From Acidimicrobiales bacterium (GTDB lineage Bacteria > Actinomycetota > Acidimicrobiia > Acidimicrobiales > RAAP-2), in assembly GCA_025449805.1 (NCBI GenBank), contig JANWIR010000045.1, positions 1-60,001 of the forward strand: DNA of 60,001 nt, in the 5' to 3' direction. Shown here in pieces: positions 55,348 through 60,001 of the stretch. Position 1 is the first letter of the stretch; every line of letters starts with the position of its first letter. The notes beneath the pieces are model-generated. The model had not been told where the DNA came from and made no database searches. It saw only the letters and a list, made by a program, of their open reading frames with translations. The translations under genes were made by a program, and so were the position numbers.

Positions 55348-56268
55348 ATGAGAGTTCTTCGTAGACGGGGCACCTTGATGAGTGCAGCGTCTCTCTTCGC
55401 GATCGCCAGCTGTGCACCAGCCCTCGTCGCGAGCGCCCCCGCCGTCGCCGCGCCATCGCCAGGTTTCTACCTCAGTCTTGGCGCGTCCGAATCCGTCGGC
55501 GTCCAACCGAGCGCCCGTTACCCTCACGGAGGGTTCACCAACGAGGGCTACGCCAACGACCTCGTAAGCGCGTTGGCCTCGGAGGGCGTCAACCTTACGC
55601 TGACCCACCTGGGCTGTCCCGGCGAATCCACGACGAGCGCCATCTCCGGATTCGATCGCTGCTCGCACGCGAGTGGCTCCCAACTCTCTGACGCCGTCGC
55701 CTTTCTCAAAGCCCACACCAACGACGCGGGACTCGTGACCATTGACCTGGGCTTCAATGACCTTCGCCCGTGCGTTCTGCAAGAATTTGTCAACCCGTCG
55801 TGCGCGTCCGCGCAACTCGCGTTCACGCGCGAGAATCTGGCGACCATCGTGTCAACGCTGCGCGCAGCCGCCGGACCCAAGGTCACCTTCATTGGACTGA
55901 ATCACGCCGACCCGTTCCTCGCGTACGCCGTGAATCGGACCCGCGATCTCAATTTTGCTGCCGCCAGCGCGAGCGCCATCACCGCCCTTAACGCGACCCT
56001 GGCCAACGTCTACTCGTCGGCTCACATTCCGGTGGCGAACGTCGCGGGGGCCTTCGCGAGTGCGCAGGCAACGCCGACGCGACTCGCCCACATTGGTTGG
56101 GCGCCTCTTAACGTGACCCGAGAGTGCAACTGGACCTGGATGTGTCCGTCGGGGAACGTTGGCCCCAACATCCACCCCAATGACAAGGGCTACCAGGTGA
56201 TGGCGCGCGCCATTGAACAAGCGCTCCCCCAGAGCTTTTTCGCGACGCAGAACACCCCCAGTAATTAG
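55348..56268 (+). CDS. Secreted SGNH/GDSL-family hydrolase
   Basis: Signal-like N-terminus, YLSLGAS, LGCPGEST, IDLGFND, NIHPNDKGY. Confidence 0.8.
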   Translation: MRVLRRRGTLMSAASLFAIASCAPALVASAPAVAAPSPGFYLSLGASESVGVQPSARYPHGGFTNEGYANDLVSALASEGVNLTLTHLGCPGESTTSAISGFDRCSHASGSQLSDAVAFLKAHTNDAGLVTIDLGFNDLRPCVLQEFVNPSCASAQLAFTRENLATIVSTLRAAAGPKVTFIGLNHADPFLAYAVNRTRDLNFAAASASAITALNATLANVYSSAHIPVANVAGAFASAQATPTRLAHIGWAPLNVTRECNWTWMCPSGNVGPNIHPNDKGYQVMARAIEQALPQSFFATQNTPSN

Positions 56269-56330
56269 TCTCGCGTTCGGCGGCATCGTTGTCTACAGTG
56301 AGTTCTGACAACGACATCGGAGGTCGCGCC

Positions 56331-56753
56331 ATGAAGGGCTTTAAGAATTTCTTGATGCAGGGAGATCTCATTGTTATCGCGGTGGGACTGGTCGTCGCCT
56401 TAGCCTTTTCCACCCTCATCAAAGCGTTCACTGACTCCATCATCACGCCACTGGTGAGCGCGCTTGAAGGCTCGAGTACGACGAGTCCAGGTCTCGGATG
56501 GACCATCAATCACCAATTCGTCAACGTCGGGACGTTTATCTCGGCCGTGGTCTATTTCGTCATCTTTATGTTGGTCGTGTACTTCGTACTGGTGACGCCC
56601 TACCGCGCCTACATGGCCCGCTTGGGTCGTAAAGTCTTCTCGGCGCCCGAAGCAGCTCCACCCACGAAGACCTGTCCGGCGTGTTTGTCGAGCGACCTTC
56701 CCCTCGCGGCCTCCAAGTGCCGTTACTGCGCGAGCGACGTCGCCGCCGCCTAG
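56331..56753 (+). CDS. mscL: Large-conductance mechanosensitive channel with C-terminal CxxC..CxxC tail
   Basis: MKGFKNFLMQGDLIVIAVG..AFS.LI..F...II.P, GTFISAVVYF; GGAGG SD. Confidence 0.85.
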   Translation: MKGFKNFLMQGDLIVIAVGLVVALAFSTLIKAFTDSIITPLVSALEGSSTTSPGLGWTINHQFVNVGTFISAVVYFVIFMLVVYFVLVTPYRAYMARLGRKVFSAPEAAPPTKTCPACLSSDLPLAASKCRYCASDVAAA

Positions 56754-56818
56754 TTCCCCACAACACCCGGGAGATCAAACCATCCGCGAGGTCAACGCGG
56801 TGACCTAGCGTGGCGCTC

Positions 56819-57736
56819 GTGCATCACTTGAACGCGGCGAACGAGGCGTGGGCGGCGTTCTTCGCGCTCCTCACCGCCCTGGTGAACGCGATCGCGCTCA
56901 CTACCCAACACCTCGCCAGTACACGAGCGCGCTTCGATCTACGGGGCGCCGCACTTTGGCGCCACCTCCTTCGCCAACCTCTCTGGTACGTCGGATGGCT
57001 CGCCCTCTTTGGTTCATTAGTCTTTCAAGCCCTCGCCCTGCACTTTGGCGCACTCAGCCAGGTCCAGCCACTCATCGTGAGTGAACTCATCATGGGGCTC
57101 GTCATTCGTCAGTGGTGGCTCCGCCAGCGCGTTTCGCGTGCCGCGTGGACGAGCGCACTGGTCACCGTCGGGGGACTGGCACTGTTCCTCGTGGTCGCGT
57201 CACCGCGACCGGGGCTCACCAGCGCCCGCGACGGGCGCGTTGTGCAAACGCTCGTCGTTCTGAGTGTGGTTATTGCGCTCATCACCTGGCTCGTGCGACG
57301 CGCGTCACCGGCGCGACGCGCCGCGAGCTTCGCCACCATCACCGGACTGCTCTGGGCCTTAGAAGCCACCTTCATTAAATCGACGACTGATTCATTAACC
57401 CACTTCGGTGTCCTCGGGGCCCTCACCCATTGGCCGATCTACGCTTTCGCCCTCGGCGGTGTCGCGGGATTGGTCAGTGAGCAAGCTGCCCTCCACGCCG
57501 GACCATTGCGGGTGTCGCAGCCGCTCATCGTTCTCGTTGATCCACTGGCGAGCGTACTGCTCGGCCTGTGGCTCTTCCACGAACACCTCCGTTCGAGCGC
57601 GCCGGCCATTGTCCTTGCACTCACGGGCCTCGCGGTGATGGTCGTGGGGGTCATCGCGATGACGCGTTTCGTTCCGGCGACCATGCTCTCCTCGCGCGAA
57701 GCGCCCTTGCTGCCTAGAATCGCGCCCAATGAGTGA
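56819..57736 (+). CDS. DMT family transporter
   Basis: About 9 TMs; LLRQPLW, FQALALHFG.LS.VQPL, GPLRVSQP. Confidence 0.8.
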   Translation: MHHLNAANEAWAAFFALLTALVNAIALTTQHLASTRARFDLRGAALWRHLLRQPLWYVGWLALFGSLVFQALALHFGALSQVQPLIVSELIMGLVIRQWWLRQRVSRAAWTSALVTVGGLALFLVVASPRPGLTSARDGRVVQTLVVLSVVIALITWLVRRASPARRAASFATITGLLWALEATFIKSTTDSLTHFGVLGALTHWPIYAFALGGVAGLVSEQAALHAGPLRVSQPLIVLVDPLASVLLGLWLFHEHLRSSAPAIVLALTGLAVMVVGVIAMTRFVPATMLSSREAPLLPRIAPNE

Positions 57737-58265
57737 ACTCGACGAACAGGGCCGACCGCGTCCGCCCAGCAACGCCGGCGAGGTCGATACCCTCGTGGGT
57801 TTCCTCGATTTTCAACGCGCCACGTTCGAATGGAAGTGCCGAGGACTCTCCGCGGCGCAACTCCAACGTCGGGTGGGTGCGTCGACGATGACACTCGGCG
57901 GCATGCTCAAGCACCTGGCTTTCGTAGAGGACTACTGGTTCAGCTACTGGTGGCGCGGTACGCCACTTCCCGCACCGTGGCGCGACGTCGACTGGGACCA
58001 ATCCCCCAACTGGGAGTGGGACCGCGCGGCGCACGAAGAGCCCGACGAGCTATTTCGTCAATGGCACGATGCCGTGTCGCGCGCGCGTGACGTCGTGCGC
58101 GCTGATCTGGCGCTGGGCACCCTCGACGACCTCGCCCAGCGCACCGAGGAAGGCGAATCGCCGACCCGTCGTTGGATGCTCTGTCACATGATTGAGGAGT
58201 ACGCGCGCCACTGCGGCCACGCGGACCTTCTACGCGAATCGATCGACGGCGAGACTGGCGAGTAG
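57729..58265 (+). CDS. DinB/DUF664 family protein (mycothiol transferase-like)
   Basis: FLDFQRAT, LGGMLKHLAFVEDYWF, HMIEEYARHCGHADLLRESIDG. Confidence 0.9.
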   Translation: MSELDEQGRPRPPSNAGEVDTLVGFLDFQRATFEWKCRGLSAAQLQRRVGASTMTLGGMLKHLAFVEDYWFSYWWRGTPLPAPWRDVDWDQSPNWEWDRAAHEEPDELFRQWHDAVSRARDVVRADLALGTLDDLAQRTEEGESPTRRWMLCHMIEEYARHCGHADLLRESIDGETGE

Positions 58266-58271
58266 CACTCG

Positions 58272-58805
58272 TCAGCTGTTACGCGACGACGTCGATTCGC
58301 TGCGTCGTGGCAGCACCCAGTCAGGACGTGCAAAGTGGCAGGTGTACCCGTTGGGTATGCGTTCGAGGTAGTCCTGGTGCTCGGGTTCGGCCTCCCAAAA
58401 GTCCCCCGCCGGCGTCACTTCGGTGACCACCACGCCTGGCCAGATGCCCGACGCGTTCACGTCCGCGATTGTGTCCTCGGCGACTCGACGCTGCTCGTCA
58501 CTGAGGTAGAAGATTGCCGAACGATAACTCGGTCCCCGGTCGTTACCCTGACGATCTTTGGTGGTGGGGTCGTGAATTTGAAAGAAGAACTCGAGTAGTT
58601 CTCGGTACGACGTCACCGTGGGATCAAAGACGATCTCAATCGATTCGGCGTGGTTACCGTGGTTGCGATAGGTCGCGTTCGCGACCTCGCCGCCGCTATA
58701 ACCAACCCGCGTGCTCAACACGCCGGGGCGACGACGAATCAGATCCTGCATACCCCAAAAGCAACCGCCAGCGAGAATCGCGGTTTCGCTCGTCGTGATA
58801 CTCAT
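58272..58805 (-). CDS. msrA: Peptide-methionine (S)-S-oxide reductase
   Basis: [39 protein letters not shown]. Confidence 0.96.
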   Translation of the reverse strand: MSITTSETAILAGGCFWGMQDLIRRRPGVLSTRVGYSGGEVANATYRNHGNHAESIEIVFDPTVTSYRELLEFFFQIHDPTTKDRQGNDRGPSYRSAIFYLSDEQRRVAEDTIADVNASGIWPGVVVTEVTPAGDFWEAEPEHQDYLERIPNGYTCHFARPDWVLPRRSESTSSRNS

Positions 58806-59003
58806 CTTGTCTCCTTTTCGATTTCGTAATTCCTGACCTGCGCCGAGAACCTACCGGACGTCTCATCATGGATGACGCGGTACCGAGTCCAGCGTAGGGC
58901 CGCGGTGCGAACGCGGTGCCACGGTGCCTCGTCGCTGGCCGTAGGGTCCGCACAACTTGACGCGTGGGGCGACTTCGTGAAAGCGGGCGGCAACGCGAAC
59001 GAA

Positions 59004-59414
59004 TTAGAGATGGTCCAGGTTGACGACGATTGCCTCTTGCGTGGATCGGGCCAGAATCACCACCGCGGGTTCCTCTAAAGAGTGATTCTCCTCGCGGTGC
59101 GCCACGAACCCGGGGACGAAGACGTAGTCCCCGGGGCTCGCGTCGAGGCGAACCTCTCGGCCGTCTCTCAAGAACACGAATGAGGGATTTCCCGACAGCA
59201 CGTAAATCCCCGTTTCGGAGTCACCGTGATGGTGCGCACTCGACGCGCTATCGGGAGCCAAGACGCTTTCACCCATCCATATCCGACTCGCCCCCACCGT
59301 GGCGCCCGATACCGCCTCGTAGCGTTGCATGCCCTCACTTTGTGCCGTCACCGAAGAACGTGACGCACCCGCAACGAGTTGAACTTCACGCCCCGCGTTC
59401 TCTTCGATGGTCAC
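59004..59414 (-). CDS. Cupin domain protein
   Basis: SSAHHHGDSETGIYV.SG, PGDYVFVP..AHREEN; AAGGAG SD before GTG 59414. Confidence 0.85.
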   Translation of the reverse strand: MTIEENAGREVQLVAGASRSSVTAQSEGMQRYEAVSGATVGASRIWMGESVLAPDSASSAHHHGDSETGIYVLSGNPSFVFLRDGREVRLDASPGDYVFVPGFVAHREENHSLEEPAVVILARSTQEAIVVNLDHL

Positions 59415-59511
59415 GACACTCCTTATCGTTGGTCCTTCGCACGACACGCTACTCAACGTGGCAAATTTGGCGACGGTTGTGTGCGCAGCACTTCACGACA
59501 CCGTCAACGCA

Positions 59512-60001
59512 CTAGATCCACGAACGTAGCCGTTTACGAAGAACGGCACGCCAGGCAGTCTTCCAACCGTGTCGCGCCTCGTCACGCCGCTCGCGTTCCA
59601 TCCGTATCAATTCCTTCACGACGTCGCCCGCGTGGAGTTGAAAGATGGATGATTTCGCCAACCAGAGTTCCGCAACGACCGCGTCATGCTGCTCGCCGAG
59701 TACGCCTTGAAGTTCGGCCAACGACGCGGCGAATTCCGTGGCCAACTCGCCTTCAACGAGGGATACCGCCTCGACCGCGTAACGGCACCGCTTGGTGAGA
59801 ATCCGCAGGCGGTGCAGTTCGTGGTCCGTAGGGTCGTCGTCGAGGCTCGCGACGAAACGGCGCAGTCGGCGCCAGGGGTAGCGCGCGAAGTGGGCACAAG
59901 TAACCATCGCGGGATCTCCGAGTGCTAGCTGGTTGCGACCGACGAAAGGTGGCGCAGTGGCGCACGAACTCAGACTGGCCGTGAGCACACCAAAACGCTC
60001 G
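59512..60001 (-). CDS. CHAD domain protein (5' end off window)
   Basis: LHRLRILTKRCRYAVE..LQGVLGEQHD; frame is open to the window edge. Confidence 0.82.
   Translation of the reverse strand, partial: ERFGVLTASLSSCATAPPFVGRNQLALGDPAMVTCAHFARYPWRRLRRFVASLDDDPTDHELHRLRILTKRCRYAVEAVSLVEGELATEFAASLAELQGVLGEQHDAVVAELWLAKSSIFQLHAGDVVKELIRMERERRDEARHGWKTAWRAVLRKRLRSWI

Noticed and set aside
55470-56200. SGNH hydrolase as inactive (GAS instead of GDS; NIH instead of DxxH)
   Set aside because: Catalytic Ser, block III Asn and His are retained; such variation is tolerated in the family.
58802-58993. 63-aa ORF overlapping the msrA start
   Set aside because: No clear family or start signal; msrA has its own AAGGAG SD.
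59512-60001. Functional linkage of the CHAD gene with ppk1 (both polyphosphate-related)
   Set aside because: They are ~57 kb apart at opposite window edges; no local linkage.

Overview
High-GC actinobacterial chromosome segment; gene content and order suggest Acidimicrobiia (inference). Positions ~3.3-31.7 kb form one minus-strand housekeeping run: npdG, mshC-like, thrS, HIT, pgsA, patA, pimA, HtpX-like, pdxS, pdxT, yebC, ruvCAB, yajC, secDF, rel, hisS, aspS, rarA, alaS, ruvX, mltG, aroE, rodA, DUF151. A partial ppk1 and a second SEDS gene precede it. A probable decayed islet at ~35.9-41.6 kb abuts the 3' end of tRNA-Val(CAC); it carries mobA, DUF6457, fdhD, an FdhF/YdeP molybdoenzyme and a broken MNT-HEPN toxin-antitoxin pair. 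The right third has plsC, gatD-murT, lysR-alkA, peptidases, divergent trpG/trpE, an orphan Liv-type binding protein, a DnaQ-family exonuclease, an SGNH hydrolase, mscL, DinB, msrA and a partial CHAD gene. The best novelty candidate is a 6C-like double-hairpin sRNA (45048-45133, minus) divergent from a leaderless LysR gene, with two ATC-N9-GAT boxes between them. Other candidates: a structured leader behind a CRP class II site, an SD-sequestering hairpin between SOS-boxed ruvCAB and yajC-secDF, an apparent ACG start for rarA, and a catalytically dead HtpX homolog next to the PIM genes. No CRISPR array, rRNA, integrase or transposase was seen. All calls come from reading motifs by eye; no searches were run.
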